In this document: in pieces, positions 10,564 to 23,536 of the stretch | Layout of the letters: every line of letters starts with the position of its first letter | Position numbering within the stretch: the stretch's first letter is position 1 | Source: Auanema rhodensis | Lineage: Eukaryota; Animalia; Nematoda | DNA: 64,000 nt | Direction of reading: 5' to 3' | Assembly: GCA_964057225.1 (NCBI GenBank) | Contig: OZ059895.1 | Coordinates: 11,036,001 to 11,100,000 of the forward strand | Position numbers and translations under genes: made by a program | Notes under the pieces: generated by a model | Seen by the model: only the letters and a program-made list of their open reading frames with translations | What the model was told of the DNA's origin: nothing | Database searches by the model: none

Positions 10564-13500
10564 ACTACTTAAAAAGTGAAAACATTTGTTACGGAAGAGA
10601 TAAAACTGAAAATCAGCTGCATGGCGTACTTTGAACGTGGTATAGTTGTAAGCAAAAATATCTGATATTCAATGATTTACATACTTATCCTCGTTATAGT
10701 ATTTTTCCAATATTATGTTAGTTATGTAATTTACCACGTTGCATCTGGTTCCCTCGATGATATCAAATCTTATGTGCTCCAAATACAATAAATTGAAAAA
10801 GGTTTCACAGTTGTATAGTGTTTAAACAATGTTTGTTTTGATAGGAAATAGATAGAAACAGTAAAGTTAAAATGAAGGTTCATTAACTACTGGTTTATAA
10901 CTGTAATATAGGAACAAGATTGAAGATAATTTGCTGCCTCCGGTTGAGCTATCTAAGTAAATCTACTTGAAAAGTGAAAACATTTGTTACGGAAGAGATA
11001 AAATTGAAAATCAGCTGCATGGCGTACTTTTAACGTGGTATAGTTGTAAGCGAAAATATCTGGTATTCAATGATTTACATACTTATCCTCGTTATAGTTT
11101 TTTTCCAATTTCATGTTAGTTATGTAACTTTCCACGTTCCATCTGGTTCCCTCGATGATATCAAAGCTTATGTGCTCCAAATACAATAAATCAAAAAAGG
11201 GTTTCACAGTTGTATAGTGATTAAACAATGTTTGTTTCGATAGGAAATAGATGAAAACAGTAAAGTTAAGATGAAGGTTCATTAACTACTGGTTTATGAC
11301 TGTAATATAGAAATAAGATTGAAGATAATTTGCTGCCTTCGGTTGAGCTATCTAAGTAAATCTACTTGAAAAGTGAAAACATTTGTTACGGAAGAGATAA
11401 AATTGAAAATCAGCTGCATGGCGTACTTTTAACGTGGTATAGTTGTAAGGGAAAATATCTGGTATTCAATGATTTACATACTTATCCTCGTTATAGTTTT
11501 TTTCCAATTTCATGTTAGTTATGTAATTTTCCACGTTCCATCTAGATCCCTCGATGATATCAAATTTTATGTGCTCCAAATGCAAAAAATTAAAAAAGGT
11601 TTTACAGTTGTTCAGTGTTTAAACAATGTTTGTTTTGATAAGAAATAGATAGAAACAGTAAAGTTGAGAGAAAAGTTCATTTACTGCTGGTTTATAACTT
11701 TAAAAAAAAAAAAGATTGAAGATACTTTGCTGCCTTGGGTTGAGCTATTTAAGGAAAACTACTTGAAAATTGAAAACATTTGTTACGGAAGAGATAAAAT
11801 TGAAAATCAGCTGCATGGCGTACTTTGAACGTGGTATAGTTGAAAGCGAAAATATCTGATATTCAATGATTTACATACTTATCCTCGTTATGGTATTTTT
11901 CCAATTTCATGTTAGTTATGTAACTTTCCACGTGCCATCTGGTTCCCTCGATGATATCAAAGCTTATGTGCTCCAAATACAATAAATCAAAAAAGGGTTT
12001 CACAGTAGTATAGTGTTTAAACAATGTTTGTTTCGATAGGAAATAGATAAAAACAGTAAAGTTAAGACGAAGGTTTATTAACTACTGGTTTATAACTGTA
12101 ATGAAGAAATAAGATTAAAGATAATTTGCTGCCTCCGGTTGAGCTATCTAAGTAAATCTACTTGAAAAGTGAAAACATTTGTTAGGGAAGAGATAAAATT
12201 GAAAATCAGCTGCATGGCGTACTTTCAACGTGGTATACTTGTAAGCGAAAATATCTGATATTCAATGATTTACGTACTTATCCTCGTTATAGTTTTTTTC
12301 CAATTCCATGTTAGTTATGTAATTTTCCACGTTCCATCTGGATACCTCGATGATATCAAATTTTATGTGCTCCAAATGCAAAAAATTAAAAAAGGTTTTA
12401 CAGTTGTTCAGTGTTCAAACAATGTTTGTTTTGATAAGAAATAGATAGAAACAGTAAAGTTGAGAGAAAGGTTCATTAACTGCTGGTTTATAACTGTAAT
12501 ATAAAAAAAAGATTGAAGATAATTTGCTGCCTTGGGTTGAGCTATTTAAGGAAAACTACTTGAAAATTGAAAACATTTGTTACGGAAGAGATAAAATTGA
12601 AAATCAGCTGCATGGCGTACTTATAACGTGGTATAGTTGTAAGCGAAAATATCTGATATTCAATGATTTACATACTTATCCTCGTTATAGTTTTTTTTCC
12701 AATTTCCTGTTAGTTATGTAATTTTCCACGTTCTATCTGGTGCCCTCGATGATATCAAATCTTATGTGCTCCAAATACAATAAATTAAAAAAGGTTTCAC
12801 AGTTGTATAGTGTTTTAACAATGTTTGTTTCGATAGGAAATAGATAGAAACAGTGAAGTTGAGATAAAGGTTCATTAATTACTGGTTTATAACTGTAATG
12901 AAGAAATAAGATTAAAGATAATTTGCTGCCTTGGGTTGAGCTATCTAAGTAAAACTACTTAAAAAGTGAAAACATTTGTTACGGAAGAGATAAAATTGAA
13001 AATCAGCTGTATGGCGTACTTTCAACGTGGTATAGTTGTAAGCAAAAATATCTGATATTCAATGATTTACATACTTATCCTCGTTATATTATTTTTCCAA
13101 TTTTATGTTAGTTATGTAATTTTCCACGTTGCATCTGGTTCCCTCGATGATATCAAATCTTATGTGCTCCAAATACAATAAATTGAAAAAGGTTTCACAG
13201 TTGTATAGTGTTTAAACAATGTTTGTTTTGATAGGAAATAGATAAAAACAGTAAAGTTAAGATGAAGGTCTATTAACTACTGGTTTATGACTGTAATATA
13301 GAAATAAGATTGAAGATAATTTGCTGCCTCCGGTTGAGCTATCTAAGTAAATCTACTTGAAAAGCGAAAAAAGTTGTTACGGAAGAGATAAAATTGAAAA
13401 TCAGCTGCATGTCGTACTTTCAACGTGGTATAGTTGAAAGCGAAAATATCTGATATTCAATGATTTACATACTCATCCTCGTTATGGTATTTTTCCAATT

Positions 13501-16500
13501 TCATGTTAGTTATGTAACTTTCCACGTGCCATCTGGTTCCCTCGATGATATCAAAGCTTATGTGCTCCAAATACAATAAATCAAAAAAGGGTTTAACAGT
13601 AGTATAGTGTTTAAACAATGTTTGTTTCGATAGGAAATAGATAGAAACAGTAAAGTTAAGATGAAGGTTTATTAACTACTGATTTATGACTGTAATATAG
13701 AAATAAGATTGAAGATAATTTGCTGCCTCCGGTTGAGCTATCTAAGTAAATCTACTTGAAAAGCGAAAAAAGTTGTTACGGAAGAGATAAAATTGAAAAT
13801 CAGCTGCATGTCGTACTTTCAACGTGGTATAGTTGAAAGCGAATGTATCTGATTTTCAATGATTTACATACTTATCCTCGTTATAGTATTTTTCCAATTT
13901 CATGTTAGTTATGTAACTTTCCACGTTTCATCTGGTTCCCTCGATGATATCAAAGCTTATGTGCTTCAAATACATTAAATCAAAAAAGGGTTTCACAGTA
14001 GTATAGTGTTTAAACAATGTTTGTTTCGATAGGAAGTAGATAGAAACAGTGAAGTTAAGATGAAGGTTCATTAACTACTGGTTTATGACTGTAATATAAA
14101 AATAAGATTAAAGATAATTTGCTGCCTCCGGTTGAGCTATCTAAGTGAACCTACTTGAAAAGTGAAAACATTTGTTACGGAAGAGATAAAATTGAAAATC
14201 AGCTGCATGTCGTACTTTCAACGTGGTATAGTTGAAAGCGAAAATATCTGATATTCAATGATTTACATACTTATCCTCGTTATGGTATTTTTCCAATTTC
14301 ATGTTAGTTATGTAACTTTCCACGTGCCATCTGGTTCCCTCGATGATATCAAAGCTTATGTGCTCCAAATACAATAAATCAAAAAAGGGTTTCACAGTAG
14401 TATAGTGTTTAAACAATGTTTGTTTCGATAGGAAATAGATAGAAACAGTAAAGTTAAGATGAAGGTTTATTAACTACTGATTTATGACTGTAATATAGAA
14501 ATAAGATTGAAGATAATTTGCTGCCTCCGGTTGAGCTATCTAAGTAAATCTACTTGAAAAGCGAAAAAAGTTGTTACGGAAGAGATAAAATTGAAAATCA
14601 GCTGCATGTCGTACTTTCAACGTGGTATAGTTGAAAGCGAAAGTATCTGATTTTCAATGATTTACATACTTATCCTCGTTATAGTATTTTTCCAATTTCA
14701 TGTTAGTTATGTAACTTTCCACGTTTCATCTGGTTCCCTCGATGATATCAAAGCTTATGTGCTTCAAATACATTAAATCAAAAAAGGGTTTCACAGTAGT
14801 ATAGTGTTTAAACAATGTTTGTTTCGATAGGAAGTAGATAGAAACAGTGAAGTTAAGATGAAGGTTCATTAACTACTGGTTTATGACTGTAATATAAAAA
14901 TAAGATTAAAGATAATTTGCTGCCTCCGGTTGAGCTATCTAAGTAAACCTACTTGAAAAGTGAAAACATTTGTTACGGAAGAGATGAAATTGAAAATCAG
15001 CTGCATGGCGTACTTTCAACGTGGTATACTTGTAAGCATAAATATCTGATATTCAATGATTTACATACTTATCCTCGTTATAGTTTTTTTCCAATTCCAT
15101 GTTAGTTATGTAATTTTCCACGTTCCATCTGGATCCCTCGATGATATCAAATTTTATGTGCTCCAAATGCAAAAAATTAAAAAAGGTTTTACAGTTGTTC
15201 AGTGTTCAAACAATGTTTGTTTTGATAAGAAATAGATAGAAACAGTAAAGTTGAGAGAAAGGTTCATTAACTGCTGGTTTATAACTGTAATATAGAAATA
15301 AGATTGAAGATAATTTTCTGCCGGGGGTTGCGCTATCTAAGTAAAACTACTTGACAATCGGAAACATTTGTTACAGAAGAGATAAAATTGAAAATCAGCT
15401 GCATGGCGTACTTTGAACGTGATATAGTTGTAAGCGAAAATATCTGGTATTCAATGATTTACATACTTATCCTCGTTATAGTTTTTTTTCCAATTTCCTG
15501 TTAGTTATGTAATTTTCCACGTTCTATCTGGTGCCCTCGATGATATCAAATCTTATGTGCTCCAAATACAATAAATTAAAAAAGGTTTCACAGTTGTATA
15601 GTGTTTTAACAATGTTTGTTTTGATAGGAAATAGATAGAAACAGTGAAGTTGAAATAAAGGTTCATTAATTACTGGTTTATAACTGTAATGAAGAAATAA
15701 GATTAAAGATAATTTGCTGCCTTGGGTTGAGCTATCTAAGTAAATCTACTTGAAAAGTGAAAACATTTGTTACGGAAGAGATAAAATTGAAAATCAGCTG
15801 CATGGCGTACTTTTAACGTGGTATAGTTGTAAGCGAAAATATCTGATATTCAATGATTTACATACTTATCCTCGTTATAGTATTTTTCCAATATTATGTT
15901 AGTTATGTAATTTACCACGTTGCATCTGGTTCCCTCGATGATATCAAATCTTATGTGCTCCAAATGCGAAAAATTAAAAAAGGTTTTACAGTTGTTCAGT
16001 GTTTAAACAATGTTTGTTTTGATAAGAAATAGATAGAAACAGTAAAGTTGAGAGAAAAGTTCATTTACTGCTGGTTTATAACTTTAAAAAAAAAAAAGAT
16101 TGAAGATACTTTGCTGCCTTGGGTTGAGCTATTTAAGGAAAACTACTTGAAAATTGAAAACATTTGTTACGGAAGAGATAAAATTGAAAATCAGCTGCAT
16201 GGCGTACTTTTAACGTGGTATAGTTGTGAGCGAAAATATCTGGTATTCAATGATTTACATACTTATCCTCGTTATAGTTTTTTTTCCAATTTCCTGTTAG
16301 TTATGTAATTTTCGACGTTCCATCGGGATCCCTCGATGATAGCAATTCTTATAAGCTCCAAATACAATAAATTAAAAAAGGTTTCACAGTTGTATAGTGT
16401 TTAAACAATGTTTGTTTCGATAGGGAATAGGTACAAACAGTAAAGTTAGAATGAAGGTTCATTAACTACTGGTTTATAACTGTAATATAGAAATAAGATT

Positions 16501-19500
16501 GAAGATAATTTTCTGCCGGGGGTTGAGCTATCTAAGTAAATCTACTTGAAAAGCGAAAAAAGTTGTTACGGAAGAGATAAAATTGAAAATCAGCTGCATG
16601 TCGTACTTTCAACGTGGTATAGTTGAAAGCGAAAATATCTGATATTCAATGATTTACATACTCATCCTCGTTATGGTATTTTTCCAATTTCATGTTAGTT
16701 ATGTAACTTTCCACGTGCCATCTGGTTCCCTCGATGATATCAAAGCTTATGTGCTCCAAATACAATAAATCAAAAAAGGGTTTCACAGTAGTATAGTGTT
16801 TAAACAATGTTTGTTTCGATAGGAAATAGATAGAAACAGTAAAGTTAAGATGAAGGTTTATTAACTACTGATTTATGACTGTAATATAGAAATAAGATTG
16901 AAGATAATTTGCTGCCTCCGGTTGAGCTATCTAAGTAAATCTACTTGAAAAGCGAAAAAAGTTGTTACGGAAGAGATAAAATTGAAAATCAGCTGCATGT
17001 CGTACTTTCAACGTGGTATAGTTGAAAGCGAATGTATCTGATTTTCAATGATTTACATACTTATCCTCGTTATAGTATTTTTCCAATTTCATGTTAGTTA
17101 TGTAACTTTCCACGTTTCATCTGGTTCCCTCGATGATATCAAAGCTTATGTGCTTCAAATACATTAAATCAAAAAAGGGTTTCACAGTAGTATAGTGTTT
17201 AAACAATGTTTGTTTCGATAGGAAGTAGATAGAAACAGTGAAGTTAAGATGAAGGTTCATTAACTACTGGTTTATGACTGTAATATAAAAATAAGATTAA
17301 AGATAATTTGCTGCCTCCGGTTGAGCTATCTAAGTAAACCTACTTGAAAAGTGAAAACATTTGTTACGGAAGAGATAAAATTGAAAATCAGCTGCATGTC
17401 GTACTTTCAACGTGGTATAGTTGAAAGCGAAAATATCTGATATTCAATGATTTACATACTTATCCTCGTTATGGTATTTTTCCAATTTCATGTTAGTTAT
17501 GTAACTTTCCACGTGCCATCTGGTTCCCTCGATGATATCAAAGCTTATGTGCTCCAAATACAATAAATCAAAAAAGGGTTTCACAGTAGTATAGTGTTTA
17601 AACAATGTTTGTTTCGATAGGAAATAGATAGAAACAGTAAAGTTAAGATGAAGGTTTATTAACTACTGATTTATGACTGTAATATAGAAATAAGATTGAA
17701 GATAATTTGCTGCCTCCGGTTGAGCTATCTAAGTAAATCTACTTGAAAAGCGAAAAAAGTTGTTACGGAAGAGATAAAATTGAAAATCAGCTGCATGTCG
17801 TACTTTCAACGTGGTATAGTTGAAAGCGAAAGTATCTGATTTTCAATGATTTACATACTTATCCTCGTTATAGTATTTTTCCAATTTCATGTTAGTTATG
17901 TAACTTTCCACGTTTCATCTGGTTCCCTCGATGATATCAAAGCTTATGTGCTTCAAATACATTAAATCAAAAAAGGGTTTCACAGTAGTATAGTGTTTAA
18001 ACAATGTTTGTTTCGATAGGAAGTAGATAGAAACAGTGAAGTTAAGATGAAGGTTCATTAACTACTGGTTTATGACTGTAATATAAAAATAAGATTAAAG
18101 ATAATTTGCTGCCTCCGGTTGAGCTATCTAAGTAAACCTACTTGAAAAGTGAAAACATTTGTTACGGAAGAGATAAAATTGAAAATCAGCTGCATGGCGT
18201 ACTTTCAACGTGGTATACTTGTAAGCATAAATATCTGATATTCAATGATTTACATACTTATCCTCGTTATAGTTTTTTTCCAATTCCATGTTAGTTATGT
18301 AATTTTCCACGTTCCATCTGGATCCCTCGATGATATCAAATTTTATGTGCTCCAAATGCAAAAAATTAAAAAAGGTTTTACAGTTGTTCAGTGTTCAAAC
18401 AATGTTTGTTTTGATAAGAAATAGATAGAAACAGTAAAGTTGAGAGAAAGGTTCATTAACTGCTGGTTTATAACTGTAATATAGAAATAAGATTGAAGAT
18501 AATTTTCTGCCGGGGGTTACGCTATCTAAGTAAAACTACTTGACAATCGGAAACATTTGTTACAGAAGAGATAAAATTGAAAATCAGCTGCATGGCGTAC
18601 TTTGAACGTGATATAGTTGTAAGCGAAAATATCTGGTATTCAATGATTTACATACTTATCCTCGTTATAGTTTTTTTTCCAATTTCCTGTTAGTTATGTA
18701 ATTTTCCACGTTCTATCTGGTGCCCTCGATGATATCAAATCTTATGTGCTCCAAATACAATAAATTAAAAAAGGTTTCACAGTTGTATAGTGTTTTAACA
18801 ATGTTTGTTTTGATAGGAAATAGATAGAAACAGTGAAGTTGAAATAAAGGTTCATTAATTACTGGTTTATAACTGTAATGAAGAAATAAGATTAAAGATA
18901 ATTTGCTGCCTTGGGTTGAGCTATCTAAGTAAAACTACTTAAAAAGTGAAAACATTTGTTACGGAAGAGATAAAACTGAAAATCAGCTGCATGGCGTACT
19001 TTGAACGTGGTATAGTTGTAAGCAAAAATATCTGATATTCAATGATTTACATACTTATCCTCGTTATAGTATTTTTCCAATATTATGTTAGTTATGTAAT
19101 TTACCACGTTGCATCTGGTTCCCTCGATGATATCAAATCTTATGTGCTCCAAATACAATAAATTGAAAAAGGTTTCACAGTTGTATAGTGTTTAAACAAT
19201 GTTTGTTTTGATAGGAAATAGATAGAAACAGTAAAGTTAAAATGAAGGTTCATTAACTACTGGTTTATAACTGTAATATAGGAACAAGATTGAAGATAAT
19301 TTGCTGCCTCCGGTTGAGCTATCTAAGTAAATCTACTTGAAAAGTGAAAACATTTGTTACGGAAGAGATAAAATTGAAAATCAGCTGCATGGCGTACTTT
19401 TAACGTGGTATAGTTGTAAGCGAAAATATCTGGTATTCAATGATTTACATACTTATCCTCGTTATAGTTTTTTTCCATTTTCATGTTAGTTATGTAACTT

Positions 19501-21330
19501 TCCACGTTCCATCTGGTTCCCTCGATGATATCAAAGCTTATGTGCTCCAAATACAATAAATCAAAAAAGGGTTTCACAGTTGTATAGTGATTAAACAATG
19601 TTTGTTTCGATAGGAAATAGATGAAAACAGTAAAGTTAAGATGAAGGTTCATTAACTACTGGTTTATGACTGTAATATAGAAATAAGATTGAAGATAATT
19701 TGCTGCCTTCGGTTGAGCTATCTAAGTAAATCTACTTGAAAAGTGAAAACATTTGTTACGGAAGAGATAAAATTGAAAATCAGCTGCATGGCGTACTTTT
19801 AACGTGGTATAGTTGTAAGGGAAAATATCTGGTATTCAATGATTTACATACTTATCCTCGTTATAGTTTTTTTCCAATTTCATGTTAGTTATGTAATTTT
19901 CCACGTTCCATCTAGATCCCTCGATGATATCAAATTTTATGTGCTCCAAATGCAAAAAATTAAAAAAGGTTTTACAGTTGTTCAGTGTTTAAACAATGTT
20001 TGTTTTGATAAGAAATAGATAGAAACAGTAAAGTTGAGAGAAAAGTTCATTTACTGCTGGTTTATAACTTTAAAAAAAAAAAAGATTGAAGATACTTTGC
20101 TGCCTTGGGTTGAGCTATTTAAGGAAAACTACTTGAAAATTGAAAACATTTGTTACGGAAGAGATAAAATTGAAAATCAGCTGCATGGCGTACTTTGAAC
20201 GTGGTATAGTTGAAAGCGAAAATATCTGATATTCAATGATTTACATACTTATCCTCGTTATGGTATTTTTCCAATTTCATGTTAGTTATGTAACTTTCCA
20301 CGTGCCATCTGGTTCCCTCGATGATATCAAAGCTTATGTGCTCCAAATACAATAAATCAAAAAAGGGTTTCACAGTAGTATAGTGTTTAAACAATGTTTG
20401 TTTCGATAGGAAATAGATAAAAACAGTAAAGTTAAGACGAAGGTTTATTAACTACTGATTTATGACTGTAATATAGAAATAAGATTGAAGATAATTTGCT
20501 GCCTCCGGTTTAGCTATCTAAGTAAATCTACTTGAAAAGCGAAAAAATTTGTTACGGAAGAGATAAAATTGAAAATCAGCTGCATGTCGTACTTTCAACG
20601 TGGTATAGTTGAAAGCGAAAGTATCTGATTTTCAATGATTTACATACTTATCCTCGTTATAGTATTTTTCCAATTTCATGTTAGTTATGTAACTTTCCAC
20701 GTTTCATCTGGTTCCCTCGATGATATCAAAGCTTATGTGCTCCAAATACAATAAATCAAAAAAGGGTTTCACAGTTGTATAGTGTTTAAACAATGTTTGT
20801 TTCGATAGGAAATAGATAGAAACAGTGAAGTTGAGATAAAGGTTCATTAATTACTGGTTTATAACTGTAATGAAGAAATAAGATTAAAGATAATTTGCTG
20901 CCTCCGGTTGAGCTATCTAAGTAAAACTACTTAAAAAGTGAAAACATTTGTTACGGAAGAGATAAAATTGAAAATCAGCTGTATGGCGTACTTTCAACGT
21001 GGTATAGTTGTAAGCAAAAATATCTGATATTCAATGATTTACATACTTATCCTCGTTATATTATTTTTCCAATTTTATGTTAGTTATGTAATTTTCCACG
21101 TTGCATCTGGTTCCCTCGATGATATCAAATCTTATGTGCTCCAAATACAATAAATTGAAAAAGGTTTCACAGTTGTATAGTGTTTAAACAATGTTTGTTT
21201 TGATAGGAAATAGATAAAAACAGTAAAGTTAAGATGAAGGTCTATTAACTACTGGTTTATGACTGTAATATAGAAATAAGATTGAAGATAATTTGCTGCC
21301 TCCGGTTGAGCTATCTAAGTAAATCTACTT
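4962..21330 (+). repeat. 21-mer/20-mer higher-order duplication (offset 8370 bp, then 7972 bp)
   Basis: ORF pairs 7678/16048 and 11067/19437 are offset 8370. 4962-12087 matches 13332-20457 with only scattered SNPs. The tail marker CAGCTGTAT is at 13004/20976 (offset 7972 = 20 monomers). Confidence 0.92.
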
Positions 21331-23536
21331 GAAAAGTGAAAACATTTGTTACGGAAGAGATAAAATTGAAAATCAGCTGCATGGCGTACTTTTAACGTGG
21401 TATAGTTGTAAGCGAAAATATCTGGTATTCAATGATTTACATACTTATCCTCGTTATAGTTTTTTTCCAATTTCATGTTAGTTATGTAATTTTCCACGTT
21501 CCATCTGGATCCCTCGATGATATCAAATTTTATGTGCTCCAAATACAATAAATCAAAAAAGGGTTTCACAGTTGTATAGTGATTAAACAATGTTTGTTTC
21601 GATAGGAAATAGATGAAAACAGTAAAGTTAAGATGAAGGTTCATTAACTACTGGTTTATGACTGTAATATAGAAATAAGATTGAAGATAATTTGCTGCCT
21701 TCGGTTGAGCTATCTAAGTAAATCTACTTGAAAAGTGAAAACATTTGTTACGGAAGAGATAAAATTGAAAATCAGCTGCATGGCGTACTTTTAACGTGGT
21801 ATAGTTGTAAGGGAAAATATCTGGTATTCAATGATTTACATACTTATCCTCGTTATAGTTTTTTTCCAATTTCATGTTAGTTATGTAATTTTCCACGTTC
21901 CATCTAGATCCCTCGATGATATCAAATTTTATGTGCTCCAAATGCAAAAAATTAAAAAAGGTTTTACAGTTGTTCAGTGTTTAAACAATGTTTGTTTTGA
22001 TAAGAAATAGATAGAAACAGTAAAGTTGAGAGAAAAGTTCATTTACTGCTGGTTTATAACTTTAAAAAAAAAAAAGATTGAAGATACTTTGCTGCCTTGG
22101 GTTGAGCTATTTAAGGAAAACTACTTGAAAATTGAAAACATTTGTTACGGAAGAGATAAAATTGAAAATCAGCTGCATGGCGTACTTTGAACGTGGTATA
22201 GTTGAAAGCGAAAATATCTGATATTCAATGATTTACATACTTATCCTCGTTATGGTATTTTTCCAATTTCATGTTAGTTATGTAACTTTCCACGTGCCAT
22301 CTGGTTCCCTCGATGATATCAAAGCTTATGTGCTCCAAATACAATAAATCAAAAAAGGGTTTCACAGTAGTATAGTGTTTAAACAATGTTTGTTTCGATA
22401 GGAAATAGATAAAAACAGTAAAGTTAAGACGAAGGTTTATTAACTACTGATTTATGACTGTAATATAGAAATAAGATTGAAGATAATTTGCTGCCTCCGG
22501 TTTAGCTATCTAAGTAAATCTACTTGAAAAGCGAAAAAATTTGTTACGGAAGAGATAAAATTGAAAATCAGCTGCATGTCGTACTTTCAACGTGGTATAG
22601 TTGAAAGCGAAAGTATCTGATTTTCAATGATTTACATACTTATCCTCGTTATAGTATTTTTCCAATTTCATGTTAGTTATGTAACTTTCCACGTTTCATC
22701 TGGTTCCCTCGATGATATCAAAGCTTATGTGCTCCAAATACAATAAATCAAAAAAGGGTTTCACAGTTGTATAGTGTTTAAACAATGTTTGTTTCGATAG
22801 GAAATAGATAGAAACAGTGAAGTTGAGATAAAGGTTCATTAATTACTGGTTTATAACTGTAATGAAGAAATAAGATTAAAGATAATTTGCTGCCTCCGGT
22901 TGAGCTATCTAAGTAAAACTACTTAAAAAGTGAAAACATTTGTTACGGAAGAGATAAAATTGAAAATCAGCTGTATGGCGTACTTTCAACGTGGTATAGT
23001 TGTAAGCAAAAATATCTGATATTCAATGATTTACATACTTATCCTCGTTATATTATTTTTCCAATTTTATGTTAGTTATGTAATTTTCCACGTTGCATCT
23101 GGTTCCCTCGATGATATCAAATCTTATGTGCTCCAAATACAATAAATTGAAAAAGGTTTCACAGTTGTATAGTGTTTAAACAATGTTTGTTTTGATAGGA
23201 AATAGATAAAAACAGTAAAGTTAAGATGAAGGTCTATTAACTACTGGTTTATGACTGTAATATAGAAATAAGATTGAAGATAATTTGCTGCCTCCGGTTG
23301 AGCTATCTAAGTAAATCTACTTGAAAAGTGAAAACATTTGTTACGGAAGAGATAAAATTGAAAATCAGCTGCATGGCGTACTTTTAACGTGGTATAGTTG
23401 TAAGCGAAAATATCTGGTATTCAATGATTTACATACTTATCCTCGTTATAGTTTTTTTCCAATTTCATGTTAGTTATGTAATTTTCCACGTTCCATCTGG
23501 ATCCCTCGATGATATCAAATTTTATGTGCTCCAAAT
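19540..23536 (+). repeat. Tandem 5-monomer duplication (offset 1992 bp)
   Basis: Markers GCCTTCGG (19705/21697), CAGCTGTAT (20976/22968), TCTATTAAC (21241/23233), TCTAGATCCC and TAAGACGAAGG all repeat at +1992. Confidence 0.92.
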
